Shown one piece after another: positions 35,062 to 44,602 of a stretch of DNA of 64,000 nt. The translations under genes and the position numbers were made by a program. The notes beneath the pieces were generated by a model. That model was not told the DNA's origin. It ran no database searches and worked only from the letters and a program-made list of their open reading frames with translations. The stretch comes from an uncultured Verrucomicrobiae bacterium (lineage in GTDB: Bacteria > Verrucomicrobiota > Verrucomicrobiia > Chthoniobacterales > UBA10450). Where the stretch lies: the NCBI GenBank assembly GCA_963848215.1, contig CAWKCU010000012.1:16684-80683 (forward strand). The letters are read 5' to 3'. The stretch's first letter is position 1. Every line of letters starts with the position of its first letter.

Positions 35062-36435
35062 TTTCATCTCGTTGATCTTGCGATGGAGCGTCCGGCGGCT
35101 GATGCCGAGCTTCTTGGCGGCCTTGGTGATGTTGCCGTTCGTCGTTGCCAGCGCCTGCATAATGAGACGCTTCTCCGTTTCGTGAAGATCGAGCGCGCTC
35201 GCTTTTTCGCCAAACGCCTTCGCTGGCGTGATGCCGCCAGGCAAGGTTGCTCCCGTAGCCGCTCGCACATTCTGGGGCAGATCACGCAGGGTGATCTTCG
35301 GCCCGTGCGCCATGACCACGCCATGTTCGATCGCCGTGCGAAGCTCGCGCACATTTCCCGGCCAACTGTGAGTGAGGAGTGCGTTCAGAGCGTCCGCGGT
35401 TAAATCGAGCAGCGGCTTCTCGTTCACCTTGCAGAAGTGGCGCAGGAAAGTTCGCACGAGAAGCGGGATGTCTTCCTTCCGCTCCCGCAACGGAGGCATC
35501 GTGAGATGGACGACGTTCAGACGAAAATAGAGATCATCGCGAAATTTCCCCTCGGCCACGAGCTTCTCGAGGTTCTTGTTCGTCGCGGCAATCAGGCGAA
35601 CGTCCGCGCGCAAAGTCTGATTTCCGCCGACCCGCTCGAAGGCGCGCTCCTCACTGATCACGCGGAGTAATTTCACCTGCGTGCTGGCGTCGATCTCGCC
35701 GATCTCGTCCAGAAAAATGGTGCCGCCGTTGGCCTGCTCGAAGCGCCCAATGCGGCGCTCATGCGCGCCGGTGAACGCGCCGCGCTCGTGGCCGAACAGT
35801 TCGCTCTCGAGCAACTGCGGCGAGAGAGCCGCGCAATGCACCGTCACGAACTTCGCCTTGTTCCGCCGGCTCAGATTATGAATAGCGTGAGCGGCCAGCT
35901 CCTTGCCGGTGCCGCTCTCGCCTTCGATCAGAACATTCGCGGAGGAGGGGGCGACCTGCCGGATCGTATCGAGCGCTTCGTGCAGCGCGGGCGATTCGCC
36001 GATGATATTCTCGAGTCCGTAACGTTCATCGACCTGCTGGCGCAGCGTCCGGTTCTCCTGCTCCATCCGCCGGCTGGACAGCGCCCGGGCGATCAGCATT
36101 TCGACTTTGTCGAGGTTGAGCGGCTTCGTGACGAAATCGTAGGCGCCGCGCTTCATCGCCTCGACCGCCGTGTCGACCGATCCGTAGGCCGTCATCATGA
36201 TGCTGATCGGAGGATGGGGAAGCTTTAGCGCGCGCTCGATCAGTTGCATCCCATCGTCGCCGCCGAGCCGCAGATCGGTGAGCATGACGTCGATCGGCTC
36301 CCGCTCGAGGACATCCATCGCGCCGCGCAGATCCTCCGCAACGTAGGTGTCGTACTCATCCTCCAGCAAACGCCGCAAGCCGTCGCGCGTATGCTTTTCG
36401 TCATCGACGATGAGGATGGTGGGCTGGAGGGACAT
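35029..36435 (-). CDS. sigma-54-dependent response regulator (NtrC family bEBP)
   Basis: The receiver domain has ILIVDDE...MLTDLRL. The AAA+ domain has GESGTGKE, GAFTGA (ERGAFTGAHERR) and DEIGE. The Fis-type HTH is NITKAAKKLGISRRTLHRKI. No histidine kinase gene is adjacent. Confidence 0.9.
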   Translation of the reverse strand: MSLQPTILIVDDEKHTRDGLRRLLEDEYDTYVAEDLRGAMDVLEREPIDVMLTDLRLGGDDGMQLIERALKLPHPPISIMMTAYGSVDTAVEAMKRGAYDFVTKPLNLDKVEMLIARALSSRRMEQENRTLRQQVDERYGLENIIGESPALHEALDTIRQVAPSSANVLIEGESGTGKELAAHAIHNLSRRNKAKFVTVHCAALSPQLLESELFGHERGAFTGAHERRIGRFEQANGGTIFLDEIGEIDASTQVKLLRVISEERAFERVGGNQTLRADVRLIAATNKNLEKLVAEGKFRDDLYFRLNVVHLTMPPLRERKEDIPLLVRTFLRHFCKVNEKPLLDLTADALNALLTHSWPGNVRELRTAIEHGVVMAHGPKITLRDLPQNVRAATGATLPGGITPAKAFGEKASALDLHETEKRLIMQALATTNGNITKAAKKLGISRRTLHRKINEMKQGGALSEPPP

Positions 36436-38611
36436 TTATTTCGCGGCGCACCACTGATCGACCCAGTCGTTCACCGTCTTCCACCAAAGCTGGGAGTTCT
36501 GCGGTTTCAGCACCCAATGGCCTTCGTCGGGGAAGTACAACATTTTCGACGGCACCTTCAACCGTTGCAGCGTCGTGAAGAGCTGGAACCCTTCCGAAAC
36601 GTCGAGCCGGAAATCGAGCTGGCCATGCACGACCAGCGTCGGCGTTTTGAATTTCTCGGCGAACAAATGGGGCGAGAATTTCCGGTAGAGCTCGCGGTTC
36701 TTCCAGACCGGCCCCTTGAATTCCCATTCGACGAACCAGAGCTCTTCCGTCGTGCCGTAAGCCGACTCGGTGTTGAAGACGCCGTCGTGCGAGACGATGC
36801 ACTTGAAGCGGTCGGTGTGGCCGAGGATCCAGTTCGCCATGTATCCGCCGTAGCTGGCGCCGAGCGCGGCCATCGCGGTCCTTGTCGATGAATGGATACG
36901 TCTTCTCGACGTAATCGAGTCCCTTCATCAAATCTTCATACGGCTTGCCACCCCAATCACCGCTGATCGAGTCGGTGAACTTCTGACCGTAACCGGTGGA
37001 GCCGTGGAAATTGATCATCACCACGACGTAGCCGTTGGCGGCGAAGAGTTGCGGGTTCCAGCGATACGACCAGGAGTTCCCAAAGGCGCCTTGAGGTCCG
37101 CCATGGATCAAATACTTCAGCGGATATTTTTTTGCCGGATCGAAACCGGGCGGCCTGACCATGAATCCCTGCACCCCTTCGTTTTGCGCGCCTTGGAACG
37201 TGAACGACTCCATCGGCTGCATGTCGATCTGGGACAGCACCGCTTCATTCATCCGCGTGACGGGAAGTGCGGCGCGGTTCGCGCCGCCTTTCTTGTCGGC
37301 TAGATCCAGCCGGGCGATTTCGTTCGGGGCCTCAACGGAAGCGCGACTGAAGAAAAGGGAATTGCCATCCGGCGAGAAGGCAAGGTCGTCGGCATGGAGC
37401 CGGGCGACCTGCTTTGGTTGTTTCGCGTCGAGCGGCAACGACCAGATCGGCACTTCGCCCTGATCTTCCGCGGCAAAGTAGATCGCTTTCGAATCGGGCG
37501 TCCATACCAGGCTGCCGACGGAGCGGTCGAAGTTGATGGTCGCATTCCGGGGTTGGCCGGCCTTGCGTTGATAAATAATGAGCGACTCCTTGTCGGCCTC
37601 GAAGCCCGCCCGGGCCATGGAACGCCAGGCGAGATGGTTTCCATCCGGCGAATAAACCGGCGTGTTGTCGTTGCCGGGGCTGGTCGAAATTTTCTTCGGC
37701 GTCCCACCGGCCATCGGGACGAGGAAGATTTCGTTGTTGGTGCTGGTGGCTTCGACTTCGTCAACATTGCTCGTGTAGGCCACTTCCTGGCCGTCAGGTG
37801 AGACAGCATAGAGGTCCTGCCCGCCGAGATTGAAGGGCGGCACGTCATGATCGCCCGGCGTGAGATCGCGCGCGGTATTGGTAGGGCGAGACTCTGTCGA
37901 GCCGCCGGGGGTGGAGGACGCTGCGGCCTTCGGCTCGACAGAGTCTCGCCCTACCGAAGCATTTGCATCCGCGCTGACAACGAACAGATGGCTGCGCTTG
38001 AATTCCGTGTAGGAGGACCAGTGCCGGTAAAGCAGCTTCGTGAAAATCTTGGCTTTCACTTTGCTCTTCGCGAGCTCCTCGTCGCGGCGTTTGTTTTCCG
38101 CGTCGTCCTTCGCATCCGGATAAACCGATGATACGAAGAGGATGTTTTTGCCGTCAGGCGACCAAATCCCGCCGTCGGCTCCGGTGGAAATGTTGGTCAC
38201 CTGATGCGGCTGGCCATCGAGTCCGCCGCTCTCCGGCGTAAAATTGCACATCCAGATCTGGGTAGGATCGGTGGCCTTCGAGGTCCAGATGAGCCGTTTG
38301 CCGTCCGGCGAGAATCGAGGGCGCTCCTCATGGTTAGGCGTTTGGTTCAGGCGGCGCGGTTCCCCGCCCGTCGCCGGCACGATCCACAAATGCGAAATCC
38401 TGGTGTTCGCTTCGAGATCAACGTCCACCGCATCAAAGACAACCCATTTGCCGTCTGGAGAAGGAACCGGCCCGCCGAGGCGTTTCAGTTTCATCATGTC
38501 CTCGAAGGTGAAGGGACGTTTTTTGGCGCTGGCCGTGGCGGGAGCTGGTGTCGTCTGGGCCAAAACCGAACCCGCCAGGGCGAAAGAAAGAGTCAGGATT
38601 TTCCAATTCAT
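36436..38611 (-). CDS. S9 family serine peptidase, paralog 2 (one frameshift; carries an in-frame repeat insertion)
   Basis: Signal MNWKILTLSFALAGSVLA and SPDG propeller repeats. The catalytic part GASYGGYMANW...HGQLDFRLD...DEGHW is in ORF 36436..36873, reached through an indel near 36879. Confidence 0.85.
37880..37955. repeat. hairpin repeat family D copy 2, located inside the S9 peptidase coding sequence
   Basis: GGTAGGGCGAGACTCTGTCGAGCCG-(26 nt)-CGGCTCGACAGAGTCTCGCCCTACC. It is translated in frame as ...VGRDSVEPKAAASSTPGGSTESRPT... Confidence 0.8.
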
Positions 38612-38677
38612 GTTTATCTCAGTCCGAGGGCGCAAACTCCCGCCGAACTTCGCCTCGCGCAACCGTGCTCAATTTCA

Positions 38678-38854
38678 GTCATCCCGAGGCCGCCGTAGCG
38701 GGGCGAGGGACCTCACAGTCGCGCGAATCGGTCACGCAAGCTCGCTTTTCGCGCGCCACGAAGGTCGATCTGGCGAACAAGTTGTTCGACTACTCGTGTT
38801 ACTCTAGAACGACTGCGAGGTCCCTCGCCCCGCGACGGCGGGACTCGGGATGAC
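38678..38854. mobile_element. MITE-like element, family C copy 2
   Basis: Left end GTCATCCCGAGGCCGCCGTAGCGGGGCGAGGGACCTCAC. Right end inverted, GAGGTCCCTCGCCCCGCGACGGCGGGACTCGGGATGAC. Confidence 0.6.
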
Positions 38855-38960
38855 ATCGCTAGCGATGATACAAATCCGGTTGTTGGCCGCGACGGCGTGG
38901 GTTATCGGGAGGGCCAATTCGCCAACAATGATCATCCGTCATCAAGATTCGCTTCGGAAA

Positions 38961-40097
38961 ATGTCCATCCGCTTCCTGCTCTCTGCGGTCTTTCCGGCCA
39001 TCCTGTTTTGTTCGACGGCCGGCGCGCAAACGCCCACTCCGGCGCCGACGCCTGCTCCGGCCGGCAAGAATCTGACCGTCGTCACGCGCAAGGTGACGCC
39101 ATTCGTGATGGAGAAGAACGGCCGGCTCACCGGATACAGCATCGAGCTTTGGGAACGCGTTGTGCGCGAGGCGCGGCTCCCGTTCGATCCGGATAGCGGC
39201 TACAAGACGGTCGAGAACGTAACGCAAATGCTGGATGCGTTGCGCAATGGACAGGCGGACGCGGGCGTCGCCGCGGTCAGCATCACGGCGGAACGCGAGA
39301 AGACCATCGACTTCAGTTATCCCTTCAAGGAATCGGGCCTGCAAATTTTGACGCGGGAAACACCGGGGAGCTCGTTCGGCAAAATCGTGGGCGGGCTGAT
39401 CAAGGGGCAGATTTTCTGGTTGCTCGCGATCCTCTTCGCGGTGCTGCTTTTGAATGCGCATCTCATTTGGTTTTTTGAGCGGCGGCGAAATCAGGAATCC
39501 TTCCCGGAAGGATATGTCGAAGGCGTCTGGGAGGCGGTCTGGTGGTCGACCTCCACTCTGATTACGGGCGGTTGCGAAAACAAAACGCAGCTGGGCGTGG
39601 CCGGCCGGTTGACCGCGATCATCTGGATGCTGGCGGGCGCGGCTCTCTTTACCTACATCACCGCCACCATCACCAGCGCAATGACGGTCGAGACGCTGAA
39701 TAGCGATATCCAAAGCGTGAACGATTTGAAGGAACACAAGTGGCCGGTGGCGACGGTAGCCGGCAGCACGGCGCAGGCGTTTCTCGAGCGACAGGGATTA
39801 AGCGTGCAGGGCTTCCCGGATGTCGACGCGGCGTGCGCGGCGTTGGCGAACGGCAAGGTGAAGGCAGTGATCTACGACGCGCCGATGCTGCTTTATTATG
39901 CGAAGAACAATCCCGACAAGAAGTTGGGAGTGGTCGGAGAATTGTTCGAGAAGCAAAGCTACGGCGTCGGTGTTCCGCACGGCAGCCCGTATCGGAAGGA
40001 GATCACGCGGGCGATTCTCGCCTTGCGCGAACAGGGGTTCTTTGACGAGCTGGAGAACAAGTATTTCGGGACGGGACTGACCACCGCCGCGCGCTAG
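38961..40097 (+). CDS. ionotropic glutamate receptor-like channel (periplasmic binding domain split by a 2-TM pore module)
   Basis: Signal peptide, then SBP type-3 lobe 1 (YSIELWERV...VAAVSITAEREKTIDFSYPF), then TM / pore loop / TM (WWSTSTLITGGCENK...FTYITATITSAMT at 39540-39686), then lobe 2 (VATVAGSTAQAFL...VIYDAPMLLYY...YGVGVPHGSPYRKEI). Confidence 0.8.
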   Translation: MSIRFLLSAVFPAILFCSTAGAQTPTPAPTPAPAGKNLTVVTRKVTPFVMEKNGRLTGYSIELWERVVREARLPFDPDSGYKTVENVTQMLDALRNGQADAGVAAVSITAEREKTIDFSYPFKESGLQILTRETPGSSFGKIVGGLIKGQIFWLLAILFAVLLLNAHLIWFFERRRNQESFPEGYVEGVWEAVWWSTSTLITGGCENKTQLGVAGRLTAIIWMLAGAALFTYITATITSAMTVETLNSDIQSVNDLKEHKWPVATVAGSTAQAFLERQGLSVQGFPDVDAACAALANGKVKAVIYDAPMLLYYAKNNPDKKLGVVGELFEKQSYGVGVPHGSPYRKEITRAILALREQGFFDELENKYFGTGLTTAAR

Positions 40098-40112
40098 AAA
40101 TGCGGTCGGCGG

Positions 40113-40755
40113 CTAAGGGCGCCGGGCTTTGTATTCGTCCGATTCCAGGAAAGCGCGGGTCAGGCTGCGGTAATCGCGGGTGCGGTTGAGATTGCGCAGC
40201 CAGTAATCATCCTCGGGGTCGCGCCGGAGATAGCCGAAGTAATGGAGAGCCACATAAGCCGCGTTGTAATCGCGCGCGATGAATTGCGGATTGTTGCTAA
40301 TATGTAGGAGAACCGAGGCGCGGGTGTGCGTTCCGTTGCCGAGAGCAGCGACGAGCTGAGCGCGTTCGCGTTCGGTCGGGTCAACGCCGGCATTCGAATA
40401 AAGCGCGGGGACGAATTGTTCATCGGTGAGCCGATCGTACCGCTCCTTAAAGTCTGCGCGCTCTGTCCAGGCCTCAACCAACTTCCGTTGATTTGCTTCC
40501 AATACTTCGCGCCAGTTCGGCGTGCCGGGATAAACCCCGCGGCCGATTTCGCGCAGGTCCGGCATGAATTCATCATAAAGCGGCGGACGCCCGTGCATGA
40601 CTTTGTGATAGCGGTAAAGCGCGTAACCGATTTGCGGGAAACTCGAACAGAGGCTGGAACGGATCGCGGTCGACCCGGGCGGCATATTCTCGCGGCGGAT
40701 AGCCTGCAAGCCACTTGGGCGGGTAGCGCTGGCCTCGCCGGCGTCTCACGCGCAT
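40113..40755 (-). CDS. DUF4214-like protein (C-terminal portion of the long DUF4214 module; about one frameshift)
   Basis: IGYALYRYHKVMHGRPPLYDEFMPDLREIGRGV...LEANQRKLVEAW...ALHYFGYLRRDPEDDYWL...FLESDEYKA parallels the DUF4214 module at 58374-59500. The upstream part (from the ATG at 40755) is in another frame, near 40625. Confidence 0.5.
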
Positions 40756-42671
40756 CGTAAATGGCGATCTCGCCGCTACGGTAAACAGCTCGGGAATGTT
40801 CGTTCGAAGAAGTCGGGGTTGGCTTTGAGGTCCCGCGCGTTCGCGAGGACCGAGATAGATGTAATCGACGCCGTAATAGCGCAGTAGTTCCAGCGCATCG
40901 TCGCGTCCCGAGTAAATCGCGCGCACGTCGGCTTCGCGTTCGGCGAAAGGATAACCATGACTCCAGAGCCACGCCGTGGGGCCACGGACGATAGGCCGGC
41001 CCGCCAGACTCAGGATTGGCTGGTGAAGGCTCGGCGCGGTGAGAAAGAGCGAACGCGGCGCGGTTTTTCGCGCACGAAAGCGGCGGCCGCCACTTCGTCG
41101 CGACTGAACATCAGGCTCTTGCTTCGCAATTCGTAGACCAGCGCGAGGAGCGCCCGAGGCGATCGAAACGACGATCGCGAGGAGGACAGGAATTTGCCAG
41201 CGCTTCTGCGAGGCCAGGCCCACCAGCCAGCCGGCCACGAGAACGCAGGTCGCCGCGTACCAATAGTACATGAGCTTGAGGTTGTCGTAGTCGTTAGGCG
41301 AGAAGATGAGGAGCGAGGCTGAAGAGGAGCAGGGCGAGGAAGGCGAGGTAGAAACAGGCGAAGCGGGCGCGGCGCATAGAACCAGGCGGGAATGATCAGG
41401 AGCGTGGGGAGACCAACGTTGCGCAGCCAGAAGAGGAGCCAGTTCGGTTCGTTATGTCCGCGCCAGCCGATCTGGAAATGGGCGAAGCCGCTGAGCTGGC
41501 AACATGGCTGGCAAGTGGCGCCAATTGCGGCAGCGCGAGGAGCACGGCCGGCAGCCAGAATGCGAGCCAGACGCGGCGCGGTCGCATGATGAAACAGGAT
41601 GCCGCTCACGAGACCGACCGCCGCCGTAAGAGTGGATGTGGAAAGAGGGAAGCAATCCCGCGAGCAGACCGGCGCCAAAGAGCAATCGCCAGGTGTTGGA
41701 CTTTGGCCACTGGCGCTGCTGCTTTCCCGCCAGAAGATGGCGAAGAGCGTGAAGATCATCAGCGCGAGCGGGATTCCGAAAAGGCTTGTTCGCTGAGGCA
41801 GGAGCCGTCGGCGATGATGTTCGTCCAGAGAATGCCTTTCTCGGCGAGGTTGGCGTAGTTGGTTTCCAGCGCCGAGCAGAAGCGCCGCGAAGCTCTTTCC
41901 GCTCCCGCGCCAGTCGCGAAAGAAATAAATGAAGCCGAGGCCGCCGTTGAGGAGAAAAAGAATCGTCGCGAGGGACGCCGCCAATCGTGGCGCGCGCTTG
42001 ATGCCAGCGCCGTTGGAGAACGCCAGCAGCCGGAGCGCGAAGAAATAAAAGATGCCGGTCAGCGCGAGCGCGAGGGGCACGGCGGTTGACGACCAGAGCA
42101 GTGTGAAGGTCCATGCCGAGCATGACAAGGCAGGCCGTCTGGAAATCGGGGAGGAACGGATAGAGGAGCGGCGCGGGCGGCATCGGCGTGTAGAGGGGAG
42201 GAAAGTTCCCGCCGTAGAGGAAGGAGTTGGTGATCGCGGCATGAAACGCCATGTCGTAAAGCGCGCTCTTTCCGCCCGAGTAGAGACCGCCATCCGCTCC
42301 GGGTTGGAGCATGTGAGTGCGGAAAAGCGCGAAGTAGAGAGGCGCAAAGACGCAAAGCAGCACCGAGGAGCGGCGGGTAATCGCTGCGCCAAAGCCGCGG
42401 AAGCGATCGAGAGCTCGCGAGGTTCTTTGATGGTGGGGAGCCAAAGGAAGATCGCGCCGAGCCACGTCGCGATGAGGATGGTCAGAACGACGTCGAACGA
42501 CAAATGGCCGAAGAGCCGCGCGAGTCCGTAAGTGGCGGCGGTCGCCAGGGTCCAGCCGACGACGAGACCCCAGAGCGCTTGCTCGGCGTGGTTAAGTCGA
42601 GCGCCGAATGCGCGCCTGACGAGCGCCATGCCGAAAAGCATTGCGCCGACAAGGAAGATGGCTGCGATCAT
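40756..42671 (-). pseudogene. polytopic membrane glycosyltransferase-like protein (GT-C fold), many frameshifts
   Basis: Fragments sit in three frames (ORFs 41010..42671, 41452..42465, 40573..41271, 40776..40985). They include YDMAFHAAITNSFLYGGNFPPLYTPMPPAPLLYPFLPDF, GLGFIYFFRDW and the C-terminal LSLAGRPIVRGPTAWLWSHGYPFAEREADVRAIYSG...YGVDYIYLGPRER. The 3' end is not resolved. Confidence 0.5.
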
Positions 42672-44602
42672 TCGACGCGGACGGGAAGCTGCAAGGTCGG
42701 TGAACCGAGCAGCCCAAACCAGGAAACTCCTTCCTGCAGCATGTCGAGTTCGAGGATGTAATGGCCGGCCATCTTTGGCGCGTTCACGACGATAGCCAGC
42801 TCAGTTTGTTCGCCCTGGTTTGAGATTACGAAGAAGAGCGGCGCGGCCATCATCGTTGATGATCACTTTTCCCGCCGGATCGAGCCAATGATTGCCGAGA
42901 ATGACCTGATGAGGGTCGCCACCTCGGTCGCGGCCGCGCCACAAAGTGTTGCTCATGTTCGTGACCAGCACCCGGAAGGTCGCCTGTTGCTCGGTTTTCA
43001 GAACGTCTGGCGCGGAGAGGACTTTGATGCTCGCGCGAAACGCCTCTGTCGGCAGCGGCTCGCGAGGCGGCGGGGCGCCTTGGGCCTGGTAAAGGGTGTA
43101 ATATTCCCAGGTCGCGAGCACGAGACACCTGAGGCAGTTCTCTTCCGTGCTGATGGCAATGCCGTCTACCGGGACGGGCTCGTCCGGCGGCAAGGAGCAT
43201 GAACGTGGAGATCGGCACCTCGCGCAACGTCGCGTTCCAATAAGCCTGGATGTAACCGGGGATCCAGGGCGCATCAGCCAGATAGATCGGTCGAGCGGGC
43301 TGGGCCAGCGCGCGGGCGAAGATTTGCTCCGGATAGCCATTATCGAACTGCCTGAGGCGTCTTTTCGAGTGCGCCCGGTCGTGGAATTGCCATTGGAAAA
43401 TCACGGCCTGGAGCACGAGGAGGAACGCCAGAGCTGCAAGGACCTGGCGATGGATTCGCCGGCGTTCTGCCAAGAGGAAATCGAGCGCGGGGATGGTCAG
43501 GACCAGGAGGAAAACCATGAAGGGCGCCAGCCGCAGCATGTGGACGCTCTCTTTGGTCAGCGCGGCCGGCAGAATGGAAGCAGCGAGGCAAAAGAGGAGG
43601 AAACGCCACCAGGCCTCGTTGCGATGACGGCGAAAGATCAGCCAAAGGCCGAGCACGATAAGAATGCCGGCGGCAGCGAGGAGCAGCGGTGTGCCGTAAA
43701 GGTGAGTGATCTGTTCGCGATTGGGATCGCCGGTGACGAACAACGTCCAGGGATTGAGATTACCGGCGAAATGTCCAAGGAATTTCCAGGCCAGTTCCCA
43801 CCAGGGAGTCTGCCCGTCGAAGTAGGTAATGAGATGAAAGCGGGCGGAGAGCGCACCCGGATGGTTCTGATTGAAAAGGAAAAGTCGGAACAAGACTCAG
43901 GAGGTAAAGAGCCCACGTTGCCAGCAGACCCGGAAGGCGCGTCCGTGAGGCAAGAAAAAAAAGCGCCAAGGCCAGCAGCGGTCCAAGTAATCGGCCGATC
44001 GAATAGGTGTAGGTGACGAGCGCCAAAGTAACCGCGAGACACGCGATATCCCCAAGCGACCAGCGAGGGCGCGTTGACGCTTTGTGCGCGGCAAGAAGAA
44101 AGAGACCCAGCACCAAAGGATAGAGCGCGACCTCCAGGACCATGCGGCTCATCTCGAACAGCCAGGGCGTTAGCAGCGCCAGGAGCGTGACGATCCACGC
44201 GATTTCGCGCTTTCTGGTTATGCGCCATCCCAGAAGACCAAGAGCGAGCGCTGCCGCGATGCCGGCCGTTGCGCTTAACATCCGCGCGGCCAGAACACTC
44301 GGGCCGGTAAGATAATAGACCCCTGCCAGCAGGTAGACATAGACAGGATTCTTGTAGTCGCCAAAGGCGCGAAAATAGAGCGGCCATGGGGTGCCGGTTT
44401 CGTCGCGGCCGGTCTGGGAAATCAGGTGCGCGTTATAGGAGATCGAGGCCTCATCGATGTAGTATCCGGGCGGATTCTGCGCTACCTTTGCGTAGTAAGA
44501 GCAGATCGCCGCCGCGATCGCAGCGAGCAGAACAAGCTGCCAGGGCCGTGACCACGAGGAGCGGCTAGTCGTAGTTGCGATAAACGTAGATGGAGTTTCC
44601 AA
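42668..44602 (-). pseudogene. GT39/ArnT-PMT-like membrane glycosyltransferase with C-terminal Ig-like domain (at least 3 frameshifts)
   Basis: N-terminus YYIDEASISYNAHLISQTGRDETGTPWPLYFRAFGDYKNPVYVYLLA...LTPWLFEMSR (ORF 43760..44602), TM core (42850..43893), soluble C-terminus (42801..43340, 42668..42853). Confidence 0.65.

Noticed and set aside
36401-36435. Apparent 35-nt overlap of the 753-aa ORF 36401..38662 with the sigma-54 activator gene
   Set aside because: The tail of that ORF after about 36880 is out-of-frame read-through (Arg-rich nonsense). The true catalytic C-terminus is in ORF 36436..36873, which ends exactly adjacent to the activator start.
38850-38960. Upstream ATG at 38850 as the start of the channel gene
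   Set aside because: That ATG lies inside the terminal inverted repeat of the MITE-like element. The added 37 residues are not signal-peptide-like, whereas the ATG at 38961 gives a clean signal peptide.
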